38,068 nucleotides of DNA from Escherichia coli (GCF_003334385.1 NZ_QOWN01000042.1); one strand, 5' to 3'; shown: positions 20,830-31,863, counted from the first letter of the stretch. The notes: generated from the sequence alone by a model not told the origin. Program-made: numbers and translations.

Positions 20830-23465
20830 TGTTTTTCCTCACACTCTTTTCCTTGCGGACAGTCATTTCCCGGCAGACGTGCGTTCTGCTCCAGCCATGC
20901 CTGGAGATTATCGCCAAAGCGTAAACTGCGCCACAGCGTAAAAATATTCTCTTCATGATGGTAATTAAGGTTTACCGTACCGCTTTTACCATCAACGCGA
21001 CTGGTACCTGTAATGTTGGCCTGCATGGTTAATAAACCGAGATTATCTAAATTAATTTTTGTCGATGAACGGCTAATTTCCATATAGCGCAACCAGTTAA
21101 TTGCTGAACCCGCAGTCATATTGTCTTTTACCACCGCATCCGCAGTGTCTTTATCCAGTCGCAATGTCATCGGCCCGCTATTCGCCAGCCAGCCATCTTT
21201 CACAATCCATTTTTCATTGTTCAGCCATAACGGCAGTGCACCACTAAATGCCCCGGACATGGCGAATTGTTTCGGATTGACGGCGCTAACCAGTTCGCTG
21301 GATGAGAGATTATTCAGCCGCAACAGCGCCGGGTCATGTTGCGGCATACGTAATTGTTTCATCAGTACGTTACCGCCTAACACATCGACGCTAACATCAG
21401 TCAACAGCAAGGGTTCTTCTTCAGTCCACGGATAACGCCCTTGCAAATCAGCCGTAATATTTTTCGCTGTCACCAGATTAATCACTTCGGCAATTCGCAA
21501 CGTAACGGGGCCGCGAGTCCCCAGATGCCAGGCTCCATCGGCAAAACGGAAAGGCAGGACAAAATCGACACCGTTAACCTGATTATCTGGCATCCAGGCA
21601 CTACCGCCTTTCAACACGCCGTGTCCTCCCGCGCGGAATCCTTGTTCAGGCGCAGCAGAAAATGCAACCTGAGCATACAGTTCACCATCGCGTAAGTTCA
21701 TCTTCCAGTCGGGTGGCACCAGCGGCTGGAATACGGTCAGTGATTGTTTAGGCCACCAGGCGTTACCGCGCAGACGAATACCGTCCCAGCGACCATTTAC
21801 CCGAACCGGGCCAATCTCACCAGCATGTAAATCGCCTTTAAAGAGGAAATAGGTAGGATCGCGCCCATCGACGCTAAATTTTAAGGTTGATGGCGGTAAC
21901 ACACTGCCGCCAGTGAACAGCGTTTGCCCGGCGTCCAGTGACAGCGCGCCGCTAAAGGAGGGATGCTGTGCGTCACGTACCCAGACGATGGGCTTGTCGA
22001 GAATTAATCGCGGCTTTTCTACCGTCATCGTACCGTATTGTAACTGGTCGAAACCGGTGGAGAGATCGGTCAGCGTAATCGTGCTGTCATGCCACTCACC
22101 TTTTCCTGCGACATCCCAGGTGGCATTCATCGGTGTAAAACTCCCTTTTCCCCAGTAGCGCCACTGCCAGCGGCCAGCGTCAGGGAGAAAATCATTCGCC
22201 AGCCCATCCATATGCAGCACGAAATCGCCCAGTTCATTTTCATGCGCCTGCAAGATGGCCTGCAAACGTCCGTCAACACCACGTTGGGTGACTTTTACAC
22301 CCGCTAAAGGCCAGCGGATTTCATCGATGTCCAGCGAATCGATGACTCTTCCCTTTGAACGAAGTAACGCGCCTGGCTCAAAGGTCAGCGTTGGGTCAGA
22401 CAGACTTCCACTTAGCTGCGCAGGTAAACGGGCATATAAAATGAGGTCCGCCTGTTTCGCTTCACCGGTCAGCTGCAGAGGCAGCTGACTGTTATCCATG
22501 CTTAATTTTCCTGGGCCAAAATTAAGCACCGCGTTGCCCTTACCCGCTTGCCCCTGGGTCAGCACACTCAGTCGTCCGCTGACCAGAGCGTTCTCAAGCC
22601 CTGCCTGCCAGTTGTCGACTTTGACACCCAGTCGGCCACTCAAAGGAAAACCTGCATACGGCCAGCTCCAGCGACCATCGCTTACGGTCAATTGTTGACG
22701 AGTAATTTGCCACGGCAAATCGAGCAACGGATCGCCGTTATCCCGTGCCAGCACGATCAATTGCCCGCTATTTTCCTGCCAGTCCAGCTCGGCATCCACC
22801 AGTGACGGTTCCTGCGGCAAGTTTAACGTCGCAGTAGCATGCCCACTTACAGGAAGTCCATCCGGCACGAGCGGCATAGCAAATTCCCCCACCAGTTTTA
22901 CCGGCGGCTGATTTTCAAACGCGACGACATCCAGTTCGCTGACTGTAAGTTGTTGCCCTTTCAGCTGGCCTTGAAATTTAACTTTTTCGCCCTGATAACG
23001 CAGTTGCTGGATATCAGAGGTTAATGCGAGAGAGAGTTTTCCCTGCCATTCCTGCCAGGGAGAAAAAATCAGTTTATCGATATTGATCCAGGTGTTAGGC
23101 AGCATGGCCTGCCACTGCGCGAGTGTTTTTGGAGCGGCTGGCGATTGCTCCGTCTGCGGCAATTTCGCCAGACAAGCAGAATCAAGTTCTACCGTGCCGA
23201 CGTTCAATAACCAGCGGCTGGGATGTGAAAGGCTGGCGTTGGTGATATGCGCAAGCTGACAATCTCCCACCAGATAACGGAGATCGGGAATGATTAAACC
23301 TTTACGCGTAATGCGTGGGCTTTCATCTAATGCAATACGTGTCCCGAGCGGTAGCCAGATGCCCGCCAGCGTGGGAACCCACAGCCCGAGCGTCATCAGC
23401 AGCGTCAACGGCACAAGAATAATCAGTAATAACAGCGCGAGAACGGCTTTATATTTACCCAGCAT
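20826..23465 (-). CDS. ydbH: Large AsmA-like inner-membrane-anchored periplasmic protein (proposed lipid transport)
   Basis: 879-aa ORF with N-terminal transmembrane helix; first gene of ydbH-ynbE-ydbL. Confidence 0.85.
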   Translation of the reverse strand: MLGKYKAVLALLLLIILVPLTLLMTLGLWVPTLAGIWLPLGTRIALDESPRITRKGLIIPDLRYLVGDCQLAHITNASLSHPSRWLLNVGTVELDSACLAKLPQTEQSPAAPKTLAQWQAMLPNTWINIDKLIFSPWQEWQGKLSLALTSDIQQLRYQGEKVKFQGQLKGQQLTVSELDVVAFENQPPVKLVGEFAMPLVPDGLPVSGHATATLNLPQEPSLVDAELDWQENSGQLIVLARDNGDPLLDLPWQITRQQLTVSDGRWSWPYAGFPLSGRLGVKVDNWQAGLENALVSGRLSVLTQGQAGKGNAVLNFGPGKLSMDNSQLPLQLTGEAKQADLILYARLPAQLSGSLSDPTLTFEPGALLRSKGRVIDSLDIDEIRWPLAGVKVTQRGVDGRLQAILQAHENELGDFVLHMDGLANDFLPDAGRWQWRYWGKGSFTPMNATWDVAGKGEWHDSTITLTDLSTGFDQLQYGTMTVEKPRLILDKPIVWVRDAQHPSFSGALSLDAGQTLFTGGSVLPPSTLKFSVDGRDPTYFLFKGDLHAGEIGPVRVNGRWDGIRLRGNAWWPKQSLTVFQPLVPPDWKMNLRDGELYAQVAFSAAPEQGFRAGGHGVLKGGSAWMPDNQVNGVDFVLPFRFADGAWHLGTRGPVTLRIAEVINLVTAKNITADLQGRYPWTEEEPLLLTDVSVDVLGGNVLMKQLRMPQHDPALLRLNNLSSSELVSAVNPKQFAMSGAFSGALPLWLNNEKWIVKDGWLANSGPMTLRLDKDTADAVVKDNMTAGSAINWLRYMEISRSSTKINLDNLGLLTMQANITGTSRVDGKSGTVNLNYHHEENIFTLWRSLRFGDNLQAWLEQNARLPGNDCPQGKECEEKQ

Positions 23466-23672
23466 GGGTAGTTAATATCCTGATTTAGCGAAAAATTAAG
23501 CATTCAATACGGGTATTGTGGCATGTTTAACCGTTCAGTTGAAGGTTGCGCCTACACTAAGCATAGTTGTTGATGAATTTTTCAATATCGCCATAGCTTT
23601 CAATTAAATTTGAAATTTTGTAAAATATTTTTAGTAGCTTAAATGTGATTCAACATCACTGGAGAAAGTCTT

Positions 23673-24662
23673 ATGAAACTCGCCGTTTATAGCACAAAAC
23701 AGTACGACAAGAAGTACCTGCAACAGGTGAACGAGTCCTTTGGCTTTGAGCTGGAATTTTTTGACTTTCTGCTGACGGAAAAAACCGCTAAAACTGCCAA
23801 TGGCTGCGAAGCGGTATGTATTTTCGTAAACGATGACGGCAGCCGCCCGGTGCTGGAAGAGCTGAAAAAGCACGGCGTTAAATATATCGCCCTGCGCTGT
23901 GCCGGTTTCAATAACGTCGACCTTGACGCGGCAAAAGAACTGGGGCTGAAAGTAGTCCGTGTTCCAGCCTATGATCCAGAGGCCGTTGCTGAACACGCCA
24001 TCGGTATGATGATGACGCTGAACCGCCGTATTCACCGCGCGTATCAGCGTACCCGTGATGCTAACTTCTCTCTGGAAGGTCTGACCGGCTTTACTATGTA
24101 TGGCAAAACGGCAGGCGTTATCGGTACCGGTAAAATCGGTGTGGCGATGCTGCGCATTCTGAAAGGTTTTGGTATGCGTCTGCTGGCGTTCGATCCGTAT
24201 CCAAGTGCAGCGGCGCTGGAACTCGGTGTGGAGTATGTCGATCTGCCAACCCTGTTCTCTGAATCAGACGTTATCTCTCTGCACTGCCCGCTGACACCGG
24301 AAAACTATCATCTGTTGAACGAAGCCGCCTTCGAACAGATGAAAAATGGCGTGATGATCGTCAATACCAGTCGCGGTGCATTGATTGATTCTCAGGCAGC
24401 AATTGAAGCGCTGAAAAATCAGAAAATTGGTTCGTTGGGTATGGACGTGTATGAGAACGAACGCGATCTATTCTTTGAAGATAAATCCAACGACGTGATC
24501 CAGGATGACGTATTCCGTCGCCTGTCTGCCTGCCACAACGTGCTGTTTACCGGGCACCAGGCATTCCTGACAGCAGAAGCTCTGACCAGTATTTCTCAGA
24601 CTACGCTGCAAAACTTAAGCAATCTGGAAAAAGGCGAAACCTGCCCGAACGAACTGGTTTAA
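23673..24662 (+). CDS. ldhA: Fermentative NAD-dependent D-lactate dehydrogenase
   Basis: 329-aa D-2-hydroxyacid dehydrogenase ORF (GxGxxG motif GVIGTGKIG). Confidence 0.9.
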   Translation: MKLAVYSTKQYDKKYLQQVNESFGFELEFFDFLLTEKTAKTANGCEAVCIFVNDDGSRPVLEELKKHGVKYIALRCAGFNNVDLDAAKELGLKVVRVPAYDPEAVAEHAIGMMMTLNRRIHRAYQRTRDANFSLEGLTGFTMYGKTAGVIGTGKIGVAMLRILKGFGMRLLAFDPYPSAAALELGVEYVDLPTLFSESDVISLHCPLTPENYHLLNEAAFEQMKNGVMIVNTSRGALIDSQAAIEALKNQKIGSLGMDVYENERDLFFEDKSNDVIQDDVFRRLSACHNVLFTGHQAFLTAEALTSISQTTLQNLSNLEKGETCPNELV

Positions 24663-24772
24663 TCTTGCCGCTCCCCTGCATTCCAGGGGAGCTGATTCAG
24701 ATAATCCCCAATGACCTTTCATCCTCTATTCTTAAAATAGTCCTGAGTCAGAAACTGTAATTGAGAACCACA

Positions 24773-25195
24773 ATGAAGAAAGTAGCCGCGTTTGTTGCGC
24801 TAAGCCTGCTGATGGCGGGATGTGTAAGTAATGACAAAATTGCTGTTACGCCAGAACAGCTACAGCATCATCGCTTTGTGCTGGAAAGCGTAAACGGTAA
24901 GCCCGTGACCAGCGATAAAAATCCGCCAGAAATCAGCTTTGGTGAAAAAATGATGATTTCTGGCAGCATGTGTAACCGCTTTAGCGGTGAAGGCAAACTG
25001 TCTAATGGTGAACTGACAGCCAAAGGGCTGGCAATGACCCGTATGATGTGCGCTAACCCGCAGCTTAATGAACTCGATAACACCATTAGCGAAATGCTGA
25101 AAGAAGGTGCACAAGTGGATCTGACCGCGAACCAGTTAACGCTGGCGACCGCAAAACAGACATTAACTTATAAGCTGGCGGATTTAATGAATTAA
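24773..25195 (+). CDS. hslJ: Heat-inducible lipoprotein HslJ
   Basis: ORF 24761..25195 begins at a TTG; start placed at ATG 24773 (MKKVAAFVALSLLMAGC lipobox), 140 aa. Confidence 0.85.
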   Translation: MKKVAAFVALSLLMAGCVSNDKIAVTPEQLQHHRFVLESVNGKPVTSDKNPPEISFGEKMMISGSMCNRFSGEGKLSNGELTAKGLAMTRMMCANPQLNELDNTISEMLKEGAQVDLTANQLTLATAKQTLTYKLADLMN

Positions 25196-25458
25196 TAGCT
25201 GCCACAGCTCCCGGCGGCAAGTGACTGTTCGCTACAGCGTTTGCCGTTGGGTAATGCACACATCCCAATCGCCGTACCATCCAGTTGACGGGCAACAGAA
25301 AGCGAACCGCCGATCATTGCACAATTTGCTTCTCCACTACTGGACATCGACGCTTTTAAACCTGGCGCTACGTGCGCGGCAGTCGCCTGCTGAACAGGTT
25401 CACTACTACACGCCGACAACAATAAAGCGGCACACCCTACCCAAAACGCTGCTCGCAT
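25192..25458 (-). CDS. ydbJ: Small DUF333 lipoprotein
   Basis: 88-aa ORF with lipobox (LLSAC); convergent with hslJ and overlapping its end by 4 nt. Confidence 0.75.
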   Translation of the reverse strand: MRAAFWVGCAALLLSACSSEPVQQATAAHVAPGLKASMSSSGEANCAMIGGSLSVARQLDGTAIGMCALPNGKRCSEQSLAAGSCGSY

Positions 25459-25731
25459 CTTTTCTTCCTCTGATCTTCAAGCCAAACGACACCGCCATAA
25501 ATAATAGGCAGCACAGAGGGCGGCGTCGAGAGCTGTCCTGCGCGTTGCCCCGCATTTTTACTTTTTTATGGCTATTTTTTTGCCCTCTGTTTGATCAAAA
25601 CATTCATTACGCTGATGTGGGGGACACAAAAGCGAAAATGCAGAAGAAAGCCATTTGCTAAAATTGAAAGATTACTACTGGGCGCGCAGCAATTTCGTGC
25701 GCCCCTCATTTGCGCAATGTAAGGGTGTCAT

Positions 25732-28700
25732 ATGATTACTATTGACGGTAATGGCGCGGTTGCTTCGGTCGCATTTCGCACCAGTGAAGTTATCGCCATC
25801 TACCCTATTACCCCCAGTTCCACGATGGCAGAACAGGCTGATGCCTGGGCCGGAAACGGCTTAAAGAACGTTTGGGGAGACACACCACGCGTGGTTGAAA
25901 TGCAGTCGGAAGCGGGTGCTATCGCTACCGTGCATGGCGCTTTGCAGACGGGTGCCCTTTCAACATCGTTTACGTCATCGCAGGGTTTGCTGCTGATGAT
26001 CCCGACGCTGTACAAACTGGCAGGCGAACTAACACCGTTTGTCCTGCATGTAGCGGCACGTACCGTTGCCACACATGCACTCTCTATTTTTGGCGATCAT
26101 TCCGACGTTATGGCGGTGCGCCAGACGGGTTGCGCGATGTTGTGTGCAGCAAACGTCCAGGAAGCGCAAGACTTTGCTCTCATTTCGCAAATCGCGACGC
26201 TGAAAAGCCGCGTGCCATTTATTCATTTCTTTGATGGTTTCCGCACGTCCCACGAAATCAATAAAATTGTCCCGCTGGCCGATGACACGATTCTTGATCT
26301 CATGCCGCAGGTCGAAATTGATGCTCATCGCGCCCGGGCACTCAACCCGGAACATCCGGTGATCCGCGGTACGTCCGCCAATCCTGACACTTATTTCCAG
26401 TCTCGCGAAGCCACCAACCCATGGTACAACGCGGTCTATGACCATGTTGAACAGGCGATGAATGATTTCTCTGCCGCGACAGGTCGTCAGTATCAGCCGT
26501 TTGAATATTACGGGCATCCGCAAGCGGAACGGGTGATTATCCTGATGGGCTCTGCCATTGGCACCTGTGAAGAAGTGGTTGATGAATTGCTAACCCGTGG
26601 CGAAAAAGTTGGCGTGCTGAAAGTTCGCCTGTACCGCCCCTTCTCCGCTAAACATTTACTGCAAGCTCTGCCGGGATCCGTACGCAGCGTGGCGGTACTG
26701 GACAGAACCAAAGAACCCGGTGCCCAGGCAGAACCGCTCTATCTGGATGTAATGACCGCACTGGCAGAAGCCTTTAATAATGGCGAGCGCGAAACTCTGC
26801 CCCGTGTCATTGGTGGGCGCTATGGTCTTTCATCCAAAGAATTTGGCCCAGACTGTGTACTGGCGGTATTTGCCGAGCTCAACGCGGCTAAACCGAAAGC
26901 GCGCTTTACGGTTGGTATTTACGATGATGTGACCAATCTGTCACTGCCGTTGCCGGAAAACACCCTGCCAAACTCGGCGAAACTGGAAGCCTTGTTTTAT
27001 GGCCTTGGTAGTGATGGCAGCGTTTCCGCGACCAAAAACAATATCAAGATTATCGGTAATTCCACGCCGTGGTACGCACAGGGCTATTTTGTTTACGACT
27101 CCAAAAAGGCGGGCGGCCTGACGGTTTCTCACCTTCGAGTGAGCGAACAGCCGATTCGTTCCGCTTATCTCATTTCCCAGGCTGATTTTGTTGGCTGCCA
27201 CCAGTTGCAGTTTATCGATAAATATCAGATGGCTGAGCGTTTAAAACCTGGCGGCATTTTCCTGCTCAACACGCCGTACAGCGCAGATGAAGTGTGGTCG
27301 CGCTTGCCGCAAGAAGTTCAGGCCGTGTTAAACCAGAAAAAAGCGCGCTTCTATGTGATTAACGCGGCGAAAATCGCCCGCGAATGTGGCCTGGCGGCCC
27401 GTATTAATACCGTCATGCAGATGGCTTTTTTCCATCTGACGCAAATTCTGCCTGGCGATAGCGCCCTCGCAGAATTGCAGGGTGCGATTGCCAAAAGTTA
27501 CAGTAGCAAAGGCCAGGATCTGGTGGAACGCAACTGGCAGGCTCTGGCGCTGGCGCGTGAATCCGTAGAAGAAGTTCCGTTGCAACCGGTAAATCCGCAC
27601 AGCGCCAATCGACCGCCAGTGGTTTCCGATGCCGCCCCTGATTTCGTGAAAACCGTAACCGCTGCGATGCTCGCCGGGCTTGGTGACGCCCTCCCCGTTT
27701 CGGCGCTGCCGCCAGACGGCACCTGGCCGATGGGCACTACGCGCTGGGAAAAACGCAATATCGCCGAAGAGATCCCCATCTGGAAAGAGGAACTCTGTAC
27801 CCAATGTAACCACTGCGTTGCCGCTTGCCCACACTCAGCTATTCGCGCAAAAGTGGTGCCGCCTGAAGCGATGGAAAACGCCCCTGCCAGCCTGCATTCG
27901 CTGGATGTGAAATCGCGTGATATGCGCGGGCAGAAATATGTCTTGCAGGTGGCACCGGAAGATTGCACCGGTTGTAACCTGTGCGTCGAAGTTTGCCCGG
28001 CGAAAGACCGTCAGAATCCAGAGATTAAAGCCATCAATATGATGTCTCGCCTGGAACATGTCGAAGAAGAGAAAATCAATTACGATTTCTTCCTCAACCT
28101 GCCAGAAATCGACCGTAGCAAACTGGAACGTATTGATATTCGTACATCGCAGCTGATTACACCGCTGTTTGAATATTCAGGTGCTTGCTCCGGTTGTGGC
28201 GAGACGCCGTATATTAAATTACTGACTCAGCTCTATGGCGACCGGATGTTGATCGCTAACGCCACTGGCTGTTCTTCAATTTATGGCGGTAACCTGCCCT
28301 CTACACCGTATACCACCGATGCCAACGGTCGTGGGCCGGCATGGGCGAACTCTCTATTTGAAGATAATGCCGAATTTGGCCTTGGTTTCCGCCTGACGGT
28401 CGATCAACACCGTGTCCGCGTGCTGCGTCTGCTGGATCAATTTGCCGATAAAATCCCGGCGGAATTACTGACGGCGTTGAAATCAGACGCCACGCCAGAG
28501 GTTCGTCGTGAACAGGTTGCAGCTTTACGCCAGCAACTCAACGATGTTGCCGAAGCACATGAACTGCTACGTGATGCAGATGCACTGGTGGAAAAATCAA
28601 TCTGGCTGATTGGTGGTGATGGCTGGGCTTACGATATCGGCTTTGGCGGTCTGGATCATGTATTGAGTTTGACGGAAAACGTCAACATTCTGGTGCTGGA

Positions 28701-29256
28701 TACGCAATGCTATTCCAACACCGGTGGTCAGGCGTCGAAAGCGACACCGCTGGGTGCAGTAACTAAATTTGGCGAGCACGGCAAACGTAAAGCGCGTAAA
28801 GATCTTGGCGTCAGTATGATGATGTACGGTCATGTTTATGTGGCGCAGATTTCTCTCGGCGCGCAGCTGAACCAGACGGTGAAAGCGATTCAGGAAGCGG
28901 AAGCGTATCCGGGGCCATCGCTGATCATTGCTTATAGCCCGTGTGAAGAGCATGGTTACGATCTGGCACTCAGCCACGACCAGATGCGCCAACTCACAGC
29001 TACCGGCTTCTGGCCGCTATATCGCTTTGATCCGCGTCGTGCCGATGAAGGCAAACTGCCGCTGGCCTTGGATTCACGCCCGCCGTCAGAAGCACTGGAA
29101 GAAACGTTACTTCACGAGCAACGTTTCCGTCGGCTGAATTCGCAGCAGCCAGAAGTGGCAGAACAGTTATGGAAAGATGCTGCAGCTGATTTGCAAAAAC
29201 GCTATGACTTCCTGGCACAAATGGCCGGAAAAGCGGAAAAAAGCAACACCGATTAA
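25732..29256 (+). CDS. ydbK: Pyruvate:ferredoxin/flavodoxin oxidoreductase (single-polypeptide PFOR with two 4Fe-4S ferredoxin motifs and TPP domain)
   Basis: 1174-aa ORF; CxxCxxCxxxCP motifs (CTQCNHCVAACP, CTGCNLCVEVCP) and C-terminal TPP-binding region. Confidence 0.9.
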   Translation: MITIDGNGAVASVAFRTSEVIAIYPITPSSTMAEQADAWAGNGLKNVWGDTPRVVEMQSEAGAIATVHGALQTGALSTSFTSSQGLLLMIPTLYKLAGELTPFVLHVAARTVATHALSIFGDHSDVMAVRQTGCAMLCAANVQEAQDFALISQIATLKSRVPFIHFFDGFRTSHEINKIVPLADDTILDLMPQVEIDAHRARALNPEHPVIRGTSANPDTYFQSREATNPWYNAVYDHVEQAMNDFSAATGRQYQPFEYYGHPQAERVIILMGSAIGTCEEVVDELLTRGEKVGVLKVRLYRPFSAKHLLQALPGSVRSVAVLDRTKEPGAQAEPLYLDVMTALAEAFNNGERETLPRVIGGRYGLSSKEFGPDCVLAVFAELNAAKPKARFTVGIYDDVTNLSLPLPENTLPNSAKLEALFYGLGSDGSVSATKNNIKIIGNSTPWYAQGYFVYDSKKAGGLTVSHLRVSEQPIRSAYLISQADFVGCHQLQFIDKYQMAERLKPGGIFLLNTPYSADEVWSRLPQEVQAVLNQKKARFYVINAAKIARECGLAARINTVMQMAFFHLTQILPGDSALAELQGAIAKSYSSKGQDLVERNWQALALARESVEEVPLQPVNPHSANRPPVVSDAAPDFVKTVTAAMLAGLGDALPVSALPPDGTWPMGTTRWEKRNIAEEIPIWKEELCTQCNHCVAACPHSAIRAKVVPPEAMENAPASLHSLDVKSRDMRGQKYVLQVAPEDCTGCNLCVEVCPAKDRQNPEIKAINMMSRLEHVEEEKINYDFFLNLPEIDRSKLERIDIRTSQLITPLFEYSGACSGCGETPYIKLLTQLYGDRMLIANATGCSSIYGGNLPSTPYTTDANGRGPAWANSLFEDNAEFGLGFRLTVDQHRVRVLRLLDQFADKIPAELLTALKSDATPEVRREQVAALRQQLNDVAEAHELLRDADALVEKSIWLIGGDGWAYDIGFGGLDHVLSLTENVNILVLDTQCYSNTGGQASKATPLGAVTKFGEHGKRKARKDLGVSMMMYGHVYVAQISLGAQLNQTVKAIQEAEAYPGPSLIIAYSPCEEHGYDLALSHDQMRQLTATGFWPLYRFDPRRADEGKLPLALDSRPPSEALEETLLHEQRFRRLNSQQPEVAEQLWKDAAADLQKRYDFLAQMAGKAEKSNTD

Positions 29257-29284
29257 ATGCTCTGGATAAGGATTATCCAATTCT

Positions 29285-29316
29285 AAAAAAAAAAGCCCGG
29301 ACGACTGTTCGGGCTT
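29285..29316. terminator. Bidirectional intrinsic terminator shared by ydbK (+) and micC (−): A-run, agcccgg/ccgggct hairpin, T-run
   Basis: Hairpin with flanking A10 and T5 runs read directly. Confidence 0.75.
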
Positions 29317-29396
29317 GTCTTTTTATATGTTGGAAAATCAGTGGCAATGCAATGGCCCAACAGAAAATAAAATCTGTGACAATAAAGGCATATAAC
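29287..29396 (-). ncRNA. micC: MicC small regulatory RNA (Hfq-dependent repressor of ompC translation)
   Basis: Minus strand reads GTTATATGCCTTTATTGTCACAGATTTTATTTTCTGTTGGGCCATTGCATTGCCACTGATTTTCCAACATATAAAAAGACAAGCCCGAACAGTCGTCCGGGCTTTTTTTTT, matching the MicC sequence as I recall it; located between ydbK and ompN as described for micC. Confidence 0.85.
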
Positions 29397-29623
29397 CCGC
29401 GCAGAATAACGTATAGCAAATTAAAAGTATAATTTTTATTTTGTATGTATTATCTTCGATACATTCACCAGACTTATTATCATTTCAGAGGAATTATTTG
29501 ATTAAGGTTTTACTTAAGGCGTAACAAATGATATTTATCGGCTAACTGAACTTCTCCTTTAGGATGTTTTCACTCCCCGAAATGGGGATAAAAGGCAAAT
29601 AAAATAACTAAAGGATTTATTCA

Positions 29624-30757
29624 ATGAAAAGCAAAGTACTGGCACTTTTAATTCCTGCCCTGCTCGCCGCAGGTGCTGCACATGCAGCCGAAGTTTATAA
29701 TAAAGACGGCAACAAATTAGATCTGTATGGCAAAGTTGATGGCCTGCATTATTTTTCTGATAATTCAGCGAAAGATGGCGACCAGAGCTATGCGCGTCTG
29801 GGTTTTAAAGGCGAAACCCAAATTAACGATCAACTCACTGGCTACGGTCAATGGGAATACAATATTCAGGCAAACAACACTGAATCTTCAAAAAACCAGT
29901 CATGGACCCGTCTGGCATTTGCCGGGCTGAAATTTGCAGATTACGGTTCTTTCGATTACGGACGTAATTATGGCGTAATGTACGACATCGAAGGCTGGAC
30001 CGATATGCTGCCTGAATTTGGCGGTGACTCTTATACCAATGCAGACAACTTTATGACTGGTCGAGCCAATGGCGTCGCGACTTATCGTAATACTGATTTC
30101 TTCGGTCTGGTAAATGGTCTGAACTTCGCGGTGCAGTATCAAGGTAACAACGAAGGAGCCAGTAATGGTCAGGAAGGCACCAACAACGGACGTGATGTTC
30201 GCCATGAAAACGGTGACGGCTGGGGTCTTTCCACAACATATGATTTAGGCATGGGCTTTAGCGCTGGTGCGGCATACACCTCTTCTGACCGCACCAATGA
30301 CCAGGTTAACCATACTGCGGCGGGTGGTGATAAAGCAGACGCGTGGACTGCTGGGCTAAAATACGATGCTAACAATATTTACCTGGCAACCATGTATTCA
30401 GAAACGCGTAATATGACCCCGTTTGGCGACAGCGATTATGCTGTGGCAAACAAAACCCAGAATTTTGAAGTCACTGCACAGTACCAGTTTGATTTTGGTC
30501 TGCGTCCGGCAGTCTCTTTCCTGATGTCTAAAGGCCGTGACCTGCACGCTGCGGGTGGTGCAGACAACCCGGCAGGTGTTGATGATAAAGATCTGGTTAA
30601 ATACGCCGATATTGGCGCGACTTACTATTTCAATAAAAACATGTCCACCTACGTTGACTATAAAATCAACCTGTTGGATGAAGATGACAGCTTCTACGCT
30701 GCCAATGGCATCTCTACCGATGATATTGTCGCTTTAGGTCTGGTTTATCAGTTCTAA
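29624..30757 (+). CDS. ompN: Outer membrane porin N (OmpC/OmpF-family general porin)
   Basis: 377-aa ORF with signal peptide ([21 protein letters not shown]) and C-terminal ...LVYQF beta-barrel signature. Confidence 0.9.
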   Translation: MKSKVLALLIPALLAAGAAHAAEVYNKDGNKLDLYGKVDGLHYFSDNSAKDGDQSYARLGFKGETQINDQLTGYGQWEYNIQANNTESSKNQSWTRLAFAGLKFADYGSFDYGRNYGVMYDIEGWTDMLPEFGGDSYTNADNFMTGRANGVATYRNTDFFGLVNGLNFAVQYQGNNEGASNGQEGTNNGRDVRHENGDGWGLSTTYDLGMGFSAGAAYTSSDRTNDQVNHTAAGGDKADAWTAGLKYDANNIYLATMYSETRNMTPFGDSDYAVANKTQNFEVTAQYQFDFGLRPAVSFLMSKGRDLHAAGGADNPAGVDDKDLVKYADIGATYYFNKNMSTYVDYKINLLDEDDSFYAANGISTDDIVALGLVYQF

Positions 30758-30765
30758 ATCCTCCT

Positions 30766-30789
30766 GCCCGCTGTTATGGCGGGCTTTTT
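30766..30789 (+). terminator. Rho-independent terminator after ompN (gcccgc / gcgggc stem, T5)
   Basis: Hairpin plus T-run 8 bp after the stop. Confidence 0.7.
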
Positions 30790-30816
30790 CTGCTTATTCT
30801 TCCTCCTTTGATCTAA

Positions 30817-31332
<516 letters not shown>

Positions 31333-31339
31333 CACTAAC

Positions 31340-31364
31340 GCCCGCACATTGCTGCGGGCTTTTT
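31340..31364 (+). terminator. Rho-independent terminator after uspF (gcccgca / tgcgggc stem, T5)
   Basis: Hairpin plus T-run 8 bp after the stop. Confidence 0.7.
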
Positions 31365-31660
31365 GATTCATTTCGCAAATGTGCTGACATTTTCCCCTCT
31401 AATCCGTACCATACACGCCACAGTTTTTTATATCAGATTTCTTATGCTGGGCGTTCCGGCATGACGCATACTCTTCTGATGCCATATAACGAATTGAGTC
31501 GCTTTTAAATGTCGCAAAATCAAGAAATTAGTAAGAAAGAACAATACAACCTGAACAAGTAAGGGCAAAAATCACAACTCTCTGACTCATAAGTATTTTA
31601 CTTATTTTTCAATGTGTTAAATATCATCAGCGACAACAATAAGCTACGATAACCCACTCT

Positions 31661-31710
31661 TTTTTTGCCCCTTTTTTGCCCCTTTTGCAGCGCTTTGCCC
31701 CATTTTTGCC
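31661..31710. repeat. Degenerate ~11-bp tandem repeat (TTTTTTGCCCC ×2, then TTTTGCAGCGC, TTTGCCCCA, TTTTTGCC) in the uspF–sitA intergenic region
   Basis: Read directly. Confidence 0.6.
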
Positions 31711-31822
31711 ATCAACAATTTTCCTCATCAAGTCATTTCAAAGCCTAATAGGTACCCTACTTTTTTCCTCAGTACCACGTCGCCAGCAGGAAACAACCTA
31801 ATCCCGGTTCGGATCTAAAATT

Positions 31823-31841
31823 GCTAATGATAATCATTTTC
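31823..31841. promoter_or_regulatory. Fur box (gCTAATGATAATCATTtTC; 17/19 match to GATAATGATAATCATTATC) in the sitA promoter
   Basis: Match to the canonical Fur consensus ~80 bp upstream of sitA. Confidence 0.7.
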
Positions 31842-31863
31842 ATTTTGTGTTGCTTATGCTATA

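Noticed and set aside
24670-24692. Stem-loop ctcccctg/caggggag after ldhA as a terminator
   Set aside because: Hairpin is real but has no U-tract and I could not support it as an intrinsic terminator; left out of the features.
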